NCBI GenBank assembly: GCA_043810345.1
Contig: JBDROF010000018.1
Location: 97,651 to 161,650 of the forward strand
Source of the DNA: Bacteroidota bacterium
GTDB taxonomy: Bacteria; Bacteroidota; Bacteroidia; Bacteroidales; FEN-979
DNA length: 64,000 nucleotides
Direction of reading: 5' to 3'
The notes below the pieces were generated by a model. It searched no databases, was not told the origin of the DNA, and saw nothing but the letters and a program-made list of their open reading frames with translations. Below are positions 41,155 to 49,150 of the stretch, one piece after another. How positions within the stretch are numbered: position 1 is the stretch's first letter; each line of letters opens with the position of its first letter. The position numbers and the translations under genes are program-made.

Positions 41155-42248
41155 CCGCATACATCCATGGTATTGGCCTCATCTCTCCCCAGCAGACCAC
41201 GGATCCAGCTCTGTTTCTGCCTGAGGTGATGGAGTATACAGCTGATTTCCTGAAAGCGATTGACCCAAATTATAAAACATACATCCACCCGCTGGCTGCC
41301 CGCCGGATGAGCCGGCTCATCAAGATGGGGATCACATCTGCTCTAATCGCCCTGCAAGATGCACGAATACTCCCCTCCCTTCTTGGGGAGGGTCCGGGGG
41401 AGGGGTCGCAGGTGGGGTCCATCATAACCGGCACTGGCCTAGGATCTGTTGAAGACACCGAAAAAATCCTGACCGGCATGACCGCCGGTGAACAATTGAT
41501 GAACCCGACGCCCTTTATCCAGTCCACCTATAACACCATCAGTTCACAGATCGCTATCTCCATCAAATGTCACAATTACAATTCTACTTACGTACACCGC
41601 TCATTCTCTTTTGAAAGTGCACTTCAGGATGCCCTGTTACAGTTTGCTGAAGGAGCCGTCTTGACAGCCCTTGTTGGGGGCATCGATGAAATGACCGCTA
41701 ACCACCTTCAGATCACCCGGCGGGCCGGGCACTGGAAGATGAACCCGGTGAATAACCTGCAGCTACTCTCGACCAAAACACCCGGTGCACTTGCCGGAGA
41801 AGGCGCTGCCTTTTTCCTGCTGGGGAACCAATCCACAGCCTCTACTTATGCCACTCTCAGGGATGTGAAAACCCTTTACAGGCCGGAAAAGCAGACATAT
41901 CTGGAAGAGGTAATTCACGATTATCTTTCCGCTAACGATTTGGATATAAATCAGTTGGATATCGTAATTCTGGGTTACAATGGGGATATTCAATTTGATG
42001 CCGTGTATGACCAGCTAGGATCAGGAATCTTCCGGGAAACTCAACAGGTGTGGTATAAACACCTCTGTGGAGAGTATTATACTTCTACTGGTTTCGCCCT
42101 CTGGTTGGGAGCCAATATCCTGAAACATCAGCTGGTTCCGGCCATCGTCAAATTCAACAACGTGAATTCCGGCCCTTTAAAGCATATCCTGATCTATAAC
42201 CAATACCGAAATATTAACCATTCCATGATTCTCCTTAGCAGAAGATAA
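41151..42248 (+). CDS. Chain-length-factor-like KS homologue lacking the catalytic Cys (partner of pair 1)
   Basis: 365 aa. ATGA overlap with the KS gene. IHGIGLISPQ.., IITGTGLG, FIQSTYNTISSQIAISIK sits where the KS has ISTACSS. Confidence 0.8.
   Translation: MTAYIHGIGLISPQQTTDPALFLPEVMEYTADFLKAIDPNYKTYIHPLAARRMSRLIKMGITSALIALQDARILPSLLGEGPGEGSQVGSIITGTGLGSVEDTEKILTGMTAGEQLMNPTPFIQSTYNTISSQIAISIKCHNYNSTYVHRSFSFESALQDALLQFAEGAVLTALVGGIDEMTANHLQITRRAGHWKMNPVNNLQLLSTKTPGALAGEGAAFFLLGNQSTASTYATLRDVKTLYRPEKQTYLEEVIHDYLSANDLDINQLDIVILGYNGDIQFDAVYDQLGSGIFRETQQVWYKHLCGEYYTSTGFALWLGANILKHQLVPAIVKFNNVNSGPLKHILIYNQYRNINHSMILLSRR
41371..41420. repeat. GC-rich hairpin repeat lying in frame inside CLF-like gene 1
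   Basis: tcccctcccttcttggggagggtccgggggaggggtcgcaggtggggtcc encodes PSLLGEGPGEGSQVGS, immediately before the conserved IITGTGLG. Confidence 0.85.
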
Positions 42249-42366
42249 CCAGCAACCTTCACCTATTCACGGACTATCCAATACCCTTAACACGATCCCA
42301 CTGAGTCCTGCGCTCTGGGCCCTGTGCTCTTTCTCTTTGTCCTCCGTGGTTGAACAAATTTTCTGT

Positions 42367-42374
42367 TAACTTTG
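42367..42374 (+). promoter_or_regulatory. Candidate internal -7 box (TAnnTTTG) upstream of KS pair 2
   Basis: taactttg lies 24 nt upstream of the ATG at 42399, in the only sizeable (150-nt) gap of this gene run. Confidence 0.4.
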
Positions 42375-42398
42375 CCTGCACGAATTTGTCTGAACTGA

Positions 42399-43613
42399 AT
42401 GTCGAAACGCATCTTTATTACCGGGATCGGGATCATCTCTGCCATTGGGAACAGCATACACGAAGTCCTCTATTCACTGGAAACCGGCAAAACCGGCATC
42501 GGGGAGATCACTCTCTTTCCTACCCTTCACCAGGGGTCAATTCCCATGGCCGAAGTGAAACTCTCCAACGCCCAGCTCCTCAACCTGGCAGGCCAACACG
42601 AAAATGGTAATTTTACGAGGACTGCCCTGCTGGGGATGGTTGCTGCGAAAGAGGCGTTAGAATCAGCGGGAATCAGAGATGTTACTGCCCTTAGAACCGG
42701 TCTTCTCTCTGCCACTACGGTGGGTGGAATGGACCGTAGCGAAGGCTTTTACAAGGAATTCCTTGAAGATCCTGCAAAAGGGCGGTTGAAAGATGTGATC
42801 AATCACGATTGTGGCGACAGCACTGAACGTATTGCTTCTTACCTGGGGATCAATCACCTGATCTCAACCATCAGTACAGCTTGTTCCTCTTCCGCTAACT
42901 CCATCATGTTTGGTGCCGACCTGATCCGCAGCGGAAAACTTGACCGGGTGATCGCCGGAGGAACCGACTCAGTTACAAAGTTCACCCTCAACGGATTCAA
43001 TACACTGATGATCCTGGATAAAAGAGGATGCCATCCGTTTGATGAACACAGGGCGGGTTTAACACTTGGTGAAGGGGCGGCTTTTGTCGTGCTTGAACCC
43101 GAAGAAATTGTAAAAAGAGAGGGGAAACAGCCCCTGGCTGAACTTACCGGGTATGGCAATGCCAACGATGCATACCATCAGACGGCTAGCTCACCCGATG
43201 GAAAAGGTGCCTTTCTGGCCATGACCATAGCCCTGGAAATGAGTAAGCTGAGCCCATCTGAACTGGATTATATCAACGCTCATGGAACCGGAACTGAGAA
43301 TAATGATTTGTCTGAAGGGATTGCCCTGGAGCGGATCTTTGACCCGGTTCCCCCTTTCAGCTCTACGAAAACCTATACCGGCCATACGCTTGGGGCTGCA
43401 GGAGCAGTGGAAGCTGTGATTTCGATCCTTTCGATCTGCCACGGGATGATCTTTCCGAACCTCAATTGGTCAACGCCCATGAAAGAGTTAACGATCCAAC
43501 CTGTAACTCAACTAATAAAGAAGAAGAATATCCGGCATGTTCTCTCCAACTCCTTTGGTTTCGGGGGAAATAACTCCACCCTGATCCTCTCTCAACCTCC
43601 TCAATCTGTATAA
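42399..43613 (+). CDS. Beta-ketoacyl-ACP synthase II-type KS (KS-alpha of pair 2; paralogue of 39955-41154)
   Basis: 404 aa. Motifs: ISTACSSSANSIMFGADLIRSG, INAHGTGTENND, TGHTLGAAGAVEA, SNSFGFGGNNSTLIL. Confidence 0.92.
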   Translation: MSKRIFITGIGIISAIGNSIHEVLYSLETGKTGIGEITLFPTLHQGSIPMAEVKLSNAQLLNLAGQHENGNFTRTALLGMVAAKEALESAGIRDVTALRTGLLSATTVGGMDRSEGFYKEFLEDPAKGRLKDVINHDCGDSTERIASYLGINHLISTISTACSSSANSIMFGADLIRSGKLDRVIAGGTDSVTKFTLNGFNTLMILDKRGCHPFDEHRAGLTLGEGAAFVVLEPEEIVKREGKQPLAELTGYGNANDAYHQTASSPDGKGAFLAMTIALEMSKLSPSELDYINAHGTGTENNDLSEGIALERIFDPVPPFSSTKTYTGHTLGAAGAVEAVISILSICHGMIFPNLNWSTPMKELTIQPVTQLIKKKNIRHVLSNSFGFGGNNSTLILSQPPQSV

Positions 43614-43616
43614 TCT

Positions 43617-44717
43617 GTGAAATTTGTGGTAAAACAAAAAGCATATATAAACAGCGTCGGATGCATCTCTCCTCAGCACACAATCGATAACCGGCAGTTT
43701 CTTACAGAACCGGTTTCGGTAGAAAGTACGCGCCTGAAAGCCATTGACCTGAATTATAAGGAGTTTGTCCCTCCTGAGATGGTACGTAGGATGGGACGGA
43801 TCATTAAAATGGGAGTAGCGGCAGCGAAGATCTGCCTGGAATACCCCTCCCCTTCAGGGGAGGGATCGGGGGTGGGGTCTCCGGATGCCATTATCACTGG
43901 AACCGGTCTCGGTTGCATGGAAGATACAGAGAAATTCCTGGGAAATATGATTAAAAACAACGAAGAGTTTCTCACTCCCACCTCTTTTATCCAATCCACA
44001 CATAATACAGTAAGTGCCCAGATCGCTTTGCTGATCAAGTGTCATGGCTATAACTTCACCTACGTTCACCGGGGATTCTCCTTTGAAACTGCCATCCTCG
44101 ACAGTCTGGTTCGGTTGGAAAATAACCGGATAAAAAACGTGCTTTTTGGTGCTGCCGATGAACTTACAGAAAACTCTTTTCAGATCCAAAACCGGATGGG
44201 TTTCTGGCGCAGACAACCTATTGATAATCTGAAACTTCTTGAGCAACAGGAGCGGGGAACCATCGCAGGTGAAGGGGCTGCATTTTTCCTGCTGGAGAAA
44301 AAGAAAAAGAGCAACTCTTACGCTGTTCTCAACGACGTAGAGATGCTCTATCGTCCTACCACCACCCATGAGATCTCTCATTATATTCGGCTTTTCCTTG
44401 AAAGAAACGGACTGGAAAAGAACAATATAGATCTTCTATTGCTTGGGCGGAACGGGGATATCAGATTCGATCCAATTTATGATGATATAGTGGCAGCCGT
44501 TTTCCCGGAAGTGGCCTCCTGCGGCTTCAAACAGCTATGCGGGGAGTACATGACCGCTTCTTCATTCGGAGTATGGCTGGCTTCCAAAATCTTGAAAGAA
44601 CAGCGGGTTCCTGATCTACTCTTGATCCAGAAAAAACCCTCCGCCCTGAAACATATTCTTTTGTATAACCACTACCGGGGGATCAATCACACCCTGATCC
44701 TCATGAGCCAGGCATAG
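43617..44717 (+). CDS. Chain-length-factor-like KS homologue lacking the catalytic Cys (partner of pair 2; paralogue of 41151-42248)
   Basis: 366 aa with a GTG start. Collinear with 41151-42248 (..RRMGRIIKMG.., IITGTGLG.MEDTEKFL, FIQSTHNTVSAQIALLIKCHGYN, LCGEYMTASSFG). Confidence 0.8.
   Translation: MKFVVKQKAYINSVGCISPQHTIDNRQFLTEPVSVESTRLKAIDLNYKEFVPPEMVRRMGRIIKMGVAAAKICLEYPSPSGEGSGVGSPDAIITGTGLGCMEDTEKFLGNMIKNNEEFLTPTSFIQSTHNTVSAQIALLIKCHGYNFTYVHRGFSFETAILDSLVRLENNRIKNVLFGAADELTENSFQIQNRMGFWRRQPIDNLKLLEQQERGTIAGEGAAFFLLEKKKKSNSYAVLNDVEMLYRPTTTHEISHYIRLFLERNGLEKNNIDLLLLGRNGDIRFDPIYDDIVAAVFPEVASCGFKQLCGEYMTASSFGVWLASKILKEQRVPDLLLIQKKPSALKHILLYNHYRGINHTLILMSQA
43843..43880. repeat. GC-rich hairpin repeat lying in frame inside CLF-like gene 2, at the same alignment position as in gene 1
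   Basis: acccctccccttcaggggagggatcgggggtggggtct has an 8-bp perfect stem (ccctcccc/ggggaggg). It encodes PSPSGEGSGVGS before IITGTGLG. Confidence 0.85.
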
Positions 44718-45524
44718 ATGTTCACATTCCGCAAACTGACCATACTATTTTTCATCCTGCTCCTGGCGCTCAACCTGATCTATTTCCTGGGATGCCGTAT
44801 GGAGTGGTTGATTGGCCATCTTTGCTCTCACACCTATGTGTACATGCTGGTTCTCTTTGGCCTGTACATCGGTATCTCCATTACCATGGCATTTTTCATC
44901 AGCTCCAACTTTCATCATAAAGCCATTTGCAGAGGAGTGACAACGGAAAAGCTATGTGCTCTCACATTTGACGACGGACCGGATCCCGAAAACACGCCAT
45001 ACATCCTGAAGGTATTGAACCGGCAGCGGATTCCCGCCACTTTTTTTGTCATTGGTGAAAAACTGCATGGCAATGAAATGATTCTAAAAGAGATGGATGC
45101 CGGGGGACACCTGATCGGAAACCACTCCTGGAGTCACTCCGTTTGGTTCGATTTTTTTCCGGCATGTCGTCTGAGAAAGGAGCTTACCAGAACGGCGAAA
45201 GCTGTTTCGGACATCACCGGAAAATCCCCACTCCTTTTCCGACCTCCCTATGGCGTCATCAACCCTATACTTTCATCCACGTTAAGGAGTTTGGCCTATC
45301 ATGTCATCGGATGGAATATCCGCTCCTTTGATACGGTACATCGAGACCCGGAAAAAACAGTAACCAGGATCCTAAGGAAGCTTACTCCCGGTTCAATTAT
45401 CTTGCTTCACGATCATCTTGCGAATTCCCCAACACTCCTGGAAAGAGTTATTGACCAACTCAGACTCCACGGATACCAAATTGTCCCAATTACTCAACTC
45501 GCTCACATTGAAGCCTATGCATAA
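44718..45524 (+). CDS. Polysaccharide deacetylase (NodB homology, CE4) with N-terminal membrane helices
   Basis: 268 aa. Motifs: LTFDDGPD, ATFFVIG, GHLIGNHSWSH, LFRPPYG, IILLHD. Confidence 0.9.
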   Translation: MFTFRKLTILFFILLLALNLIYFLGCRMEWLIGHLCSHTYVYMLVLFGLYIGISITMAFFISSNFHHKAICRGVTTEKLCALTFDDGPDPENTPYILKVLNRQRIPATFFVIGEKLHGNEMILKEMDAGGHLIGNHSWSHSVWFDFFPACRLRKELTRTAKAVSDITGKSPLLFRPPYGVINPILSSTLRSLAYHVIGWNIRSFDTVHRDPEKTVTRILRKLTPGSIILLHDHLANSPTLLERVIDQLRLHGYQIVPITQLAHIEAYA

Positions 45525-46146
45525 ACTTATTCTCATTCTGACACTTTTCTCCATTGGGATTGCTAACGCGCAGCACAAACCGTTGGATGCTGCCACCATT
45601 CACCGGATCAAGGAAGGTGTATCCCTGGCTGCAAAAAAGACGGAGACCATCTCCAGTGACTTCACCCAGGAGAAAGAGATGAGCATCCTGAATGATAAAA
45701 TCATTACCAGCGGGAAGTTCTACTTTAAAAAGGAGCAACTACTCCGGTGGGAATACATTCACCCATTCAGCTATGTCATTGCTATCCGGGGAGATGTGAT
45801 TACCATCCGGGATGAAGGAGAGGTCAGATCAATTAACACGCAGGCTAACAAGGTGTTTGCAGAGGTAAACAGGATTTTTATCGGAAGTGTCATGGGAATG
45901 CTGTTGGATGATGACAATTTCAAGGCGGATTATACACAAAGCAACGGTCACTACATCGTCAGTCTCTCTCCTATCTCCTCTGCCTTACAGGAGAGTTTGA
46001 ACAGGATCGTAATCTACTTTGACAAAACGGACTTTACCGTTGATAAGCTAGAGATGTTTGAACCTGCCGGCGACTTTACCAGAATCACCTTCTCAAAGAA
46101 ACAACTTAACCAGCCTCTCTCCGATGAGATCTTTCATCTTCGCTAG
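45517..46146 (+). CDS. LolA-like outer-membrane lipoprotein carrier family protein
   Basis: 209 aa from ATG 45517 (8-nt overlap with the deacetylase gene). Signal peptide MHKLILILTLFSIGIANAQ. FTQEKEMSILNDKIITSGKFYFKKEQLLRWEY is typical of LolA-family members in aryl-polyene clusters. Confidence 0.8.
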   Translation: MHKLILILTLFSIGIANAQHKPLDAATIHRIKEGVSLAAKKTETISSDFTQEKEMSILNDKIITSGKFYFKKEQLLRWEYIHPFSYVIAIRGDVITIRDEGEVRSINTQANKVFAEVNRIFIGSVMGMLLDDDNFKADYTQSNGHYIVSLSPISSALQESLNRIVIYFDKTDFTVDKLEMFEPAGDFTRITFSKKQLNQPLSDEIFHLR

Positions 46147-46852
46147 CGTCTTTATTCTCTTCCTACTTACCGGATGTCAGCCCATAAAACCTCGGCATCT
46201 GGTCCCCGTTTCTGATAACAAGTCTACTGAAACCTCTTTCCCAACTGCTCACTGCCAAGTGCCAACTCTCTTCTCCTCCTCCACCTTTGAAAAAGCCCTT
46301 TTTAAAGCCACCATGGATATCCGGGAGCATCATCTGACCGGATTGATGTTTGTTAAAAAGGTCCTGGATCCGGGATCCGGGATCCGGGATCTTTCCACCG
46401 GTACAGCATATTCTTCTGTTGATGCTGGTGTGAAATACCGGATTGTTTTCAGCAATGAGTTTGGGATGACCTATTTTGACCTGGAGATCGGATCTGATTC
46501 TTTGCATGTCCATTATTGCTTTGAACCTTTGAATAAAAAAGCACTCTGGAAGATACTGGAGACCGATTTCAGGTTGTTACTCACCACTGAAGAGGTATCG
46601 GGTTACATGAAATCCTATATCCAGGATAAAACCAATTACCTGGCATGTCGACAAAAACAGGGAAATATCGTACGATGGGATTTGTACACTTGTGAAGGGG
46701 ACACACTGGTTGAAGTACGTGGTAAATCAAACCTGGCCGATCAGGCTCATATTGCCTTCAACGGATATCAGCAGGGATTCCCGTCACGAATAATCATCTT
46801 AAATCCCTTTATCAAACTGAAACTTTCCATATCTTTACTCTCCATTAATTGA
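46124..46852 (+). CDS. Lipoprotein of unknown function (possibly a LolB-like partner)
   Basis: 242 aa from ATG 46124. Lipobox FLLTGC. It overlaps the LolA-like gene by 23 nt. Confidence 0.7.
   Translation: MRSFIFASVFILFLLTGCQPIKPRHLVPVSDNKSTETSFPTAHCQVPTLFSSSTFEKALFKATMDIREHHLTGLMFVKKVLDPGSGIRDLSTGTAYSSVDAGVKYRIVFSNEFGMTYFDLEIGSDSLHVHYCFEPLNKKALWKILETDFRLLLTTEEVSGYMKSYIQDKTNYLACRQKQGNIVRWDLYTCEGDTLVEVRGKSNLADQAHIAFNGYQQGFPSRIIILNPFIKLKLSISLLSIN
46366..46391. repeat. In-frame heptamer tandem repeat (ggatccg x3.7) inside the lipoprotein CDS
   Basis: ggatccgggatccgggatccgggatc encodes DPGSGIRD. Confidence 0.85.
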
Positions 46853-46879
46853 TCTCCACGGATAGTCTTCGTTTTTACG

Positions 46880-46887
46880 TACCTTTG
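46880..46887 (+). promoter_or_regulatory. Candidate internal -7 box (TAnnTTTG) upstream of the FabZ-like gene
   Basis: tacctttg lies 27 nt upstream of the ATG at 46915. Confidence 0.4.
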
Positions 46888-46914
46888 TTCCCCTAACCGG
46901 TTGTATCTACTGAT

Positions 46915-47304
46915 ATGCTGAAGGGAACTTTTTTTCATATTCTGCAAATCACTGAAAGCAAGGAGGAAGCCGAAGCAGATAATCTGCCAGGTATATTCCG
47001 GATTGCTATTTCCCTGGATCCCACTCACCCCATTTATCAAGGTCATTTCCCTGGTAATCCTGTTGTTCCCGGCGTCTGTCAACTCCGGATAATCACGGAG
47101 ATCATCTCGGAGATTACCCAGAAAGAGGTCAGGTTGTTAGAAGCCGACAACATCAAGTTTCTGTCCATGATCAATCCCTTTGAACATCCGGAGCTGGCTG
47201 TCGATTGCACATTACAGAAAACGGAGGAGGGTTACATCCGGGTAACAGCCTCTATATCAGATCGTGAAAAGGTTTTTTATAAATCCAAGTCTCTAGTTGC
47301 ATGA
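46915..47304 (+). CDS. 3-hydroxyacyl-ACP dehydratase (FabA/FabZ-like hotdog)
   Basis: 129 aa. Signature HPIYQGHFPGNPVVPGVCQLRIITE. Confidence 0.88.
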   Translation: MLKGTFFHILQITESKEEAEADNLPGIFRIAISLDPTHPIYQGHFPGNPVVPGVCQLRIITEIISEITQKEVRLLEADNIKFLSMINPFEHPELAVDCTLQKTEEGYIRVTASISDREKVFYKSKSLVA

Positions 47305-47705
47305 ACCATTCTCAAAACACCCATATCACCACTACTTCTGTCAGGGGTTATGAACTTGATTCTTATAGCCACGTGAATAATTCGGTCTACCTGAACTATT
47401 TTGAGCACGGACGATGGGAACTATTCCGGGAGCTCAATCTGACTCAGGTGATCCATTCCCATAATATTTTGATTGTCGTTACCGATGTGCATATCCGGTA
47501 TATGAGGGAAGCGAAACTTTTCGATGAGATTGAGATTCAAACCCGGGTAGTGTGTGATGAGCCATACCTGATCTTCAAACAGAAATTGATTAACAGGCAA
47601 ACCGGACTTGCGCTTGCCAGGGGAGAAACAAAGACCATCTTCATCGATGAAAACAGGAAGCCGGTAGAAATTCCGGATGAGTTCAAAGCTATTCTTAACG
47701 ATTAA
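47301..47705 (+). CDS. Acyl-CoA thioesterase, 4HBT (YbgC-like) hotdog family (second copy)
   Basis: 134 aa with an ATGA overlap. VRGYELDSYSHVNNSVYLNYFEHGRWELF. Confidence 0.85.
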   Translation: MNHSQNTHITTTSVRGYELDSYSHVNNSVYLNYFEHGRWELFRELNLTQVIHSHNILIVVTDVHIRYMREAKLFDEIEIQTRVVCDEPYLIFKQKLINRQTGLALARGETKTIFIDENRKPVEIPDEFKAILND

Positions 47706-47711
47706 TCATAC

Positions 47712-48467
47712 ATGGAGAGTAACCGTCAGATCGAATGGGAAATCAGAGAAGGGATAGGGGTCCTTAGGATAAACAATCCTCCGGAGAATTACCTGTATGA
47801 ACCTGAGTTCGTTCCGCTTAAGTCGTTGAAGACCTGGACTACCGATCCAATTCTCAAAGGGATACTGATCCACGGGAAGGGGAAGCATTTCTCAGCCGGA
47901 GGCGACTTAAAACGGCTTTTTGAACTGGTTTCGAAGGATCAAAACCTCGAGACAAAGATCGCTGCCGGTGCTGCTATACTCAATCACCTGACCAGTACAG
48001 ACCTACCCCTGGTGGCTGCCATTCATGGCGTATGTTTTGGAGGAGGGCTCGAAATTGCTCTGGCCTGTCACATCCGTGTGGCCGCTGAGAATTCGCTCTT
48101 TGCCACCCCGGAGACCAGCCATGGACTACTTCCCGGAATGGGTGGAACAGTCCGATTACCTTCTGTCATCGGGCAAACCCACGCCCTGCAGATGATCCTG
48201 TCGGGTGATATGATCAGTGCTGATGAAGCCCGCAGGATCGGGCTGATCGATTTCATTGTGCCACGTAAGGAGGTATATGCCTTTGGTTTCAATCTACTCC
48301 GTAAAATGACGAAAACCATTCAACCTCAGGTGATCCGGTCGGTCGTCAAAGCCCTCAGAAATGCACATTACTTACCTCTGGAGCAAGCGATCGCGGAAGA
48401 GACCCGGATCTTTTGTAGGTTAGCCAGGGAAGAATCGCTCCGGCGGTTATCTGAATCAAACACATAA
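47712..48467 (+). CDS. Enoyl-CoA hydratase/isomerase (crotonase) family protein 1
   Basis: 251 aa. Motifs: GKGKHFSAGGDLK, AAIHGVCFGGGLEIALACHIRVA, PETSHGLLPGMGGT. Confidence 0.9.
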   Translation: MESNRQIEWEIREGIGVLRINNPPENYLYEPEFVPLKSLKTWTTDPILKGILIHGKGKHFSAGGDLKRLFELVSKDQNLETKIAAGAAILNHLTSTDLPLVAAIHGVCFGGGLEIALACHIRVAAENSLFATPETSHGLLPGMGGTVRLPSVIGQTHALQMILSGDMISADEARRIGLIDFIVPRKEVYAFGFNLLRKMTKTIQPQVIRSVVKALRNAHYLPLEQAIAEETRIFCRLAREESLRRLSESNT

Positions 48468-48471
48468 CATA

Positions 48472-49146
48472 GTGAACCGTTCATTCCATACTATCGAGTG
48501 GAAAGTGTTGGGTCGAGTCGGGCATCTCACTATGAACCAGCCTCCATCGAACAAGATGACGGTAGAGTTTTTCAATGAAATGACATCATTGAAAAAGGTC
48601 ATTGTCGGGTCAACCAATTTGAAGGCGATCATCATATCCGGGAAGGGGCGTCACTTTTCTTCGGGAGCCGACCTAGATGAGTTGTTACGGGAGATTTCCC
48701 GCCACAAAAACGCTGAATCCTTTCTAAAATCCAACTATTCGGCACTACATTATTTTGAAACGCTCCCCCTGCCTGTCATCAGTGCGATACGTGGAGTCTG
48801 TCTTGGTTCAGCCCTGGAATTGGCTCTCTTCACTCATTTCCGGTTTTGCGGTGATGAAGCCGTGTTCGGTTTACCTGAAACAACCTTCAATCTGATTCCT
48901 GGTATCGGCGGCATCCAACGATTTGCCAACCTGGCCGGGAGAGCGCAAGCACTCGACTACATCCTGACCGGCCGGACCTTTGATGCAAAAACAGCGCTGA
49001 ATCTGGGGATTGTCGACGCAGTTTGGCCGAAAAAGGAGCTGGTGGAGAGGGCGGTCGCGTTTGCAACCCAGCTGCCGGAAAGGTATGAGAAGGGAATGAG
49101 GAAAGTGTATGTCTCAAGATACAGGATAAGGGATTGTAAGAGATAA
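48472..49146 (+). CDS. Enoyl-CoA hydratase/isomerase (crotonase) family protein 2
   Basis: 224 aa with a GTG start. Motifs: GKGRHFSSGADLDEL, SAIRGVCLGSALELALFTHFRF, PETTFNLIPGIGG. Confidence 0.85.
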   Translation: MNRSFHTIEWKVLGRVGHLTMNQPPSNKMTVEFFNEMTSLKKVIVGSTNLKAIIISGKGRHFSSGADLDELLREISRHKNAESFLKSNYSALHYFETLPLPVISAIRGVCLGSALELALFTHFRFCGDEAVFGLPETTFNLIPGIGGIQRFANLAGRAQALDYILTGRTFDAKTALNLGIVDAVWPKKELVERAVAFATQLPERYEKGMRKVYVSRYRIRDCKR

Positions 49147-49150
49147 GATT

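Noticed and set aside
42350-42610. 86-aa + strand ORF and other short out-of-frame ORFs at gene starts (for example 2339-2539, 53091-53276, 60248-60514)
   Set aside because: They overlap the 5' ends of strongly supported genes in another frame and have no motifs. Several are translations of repeats.
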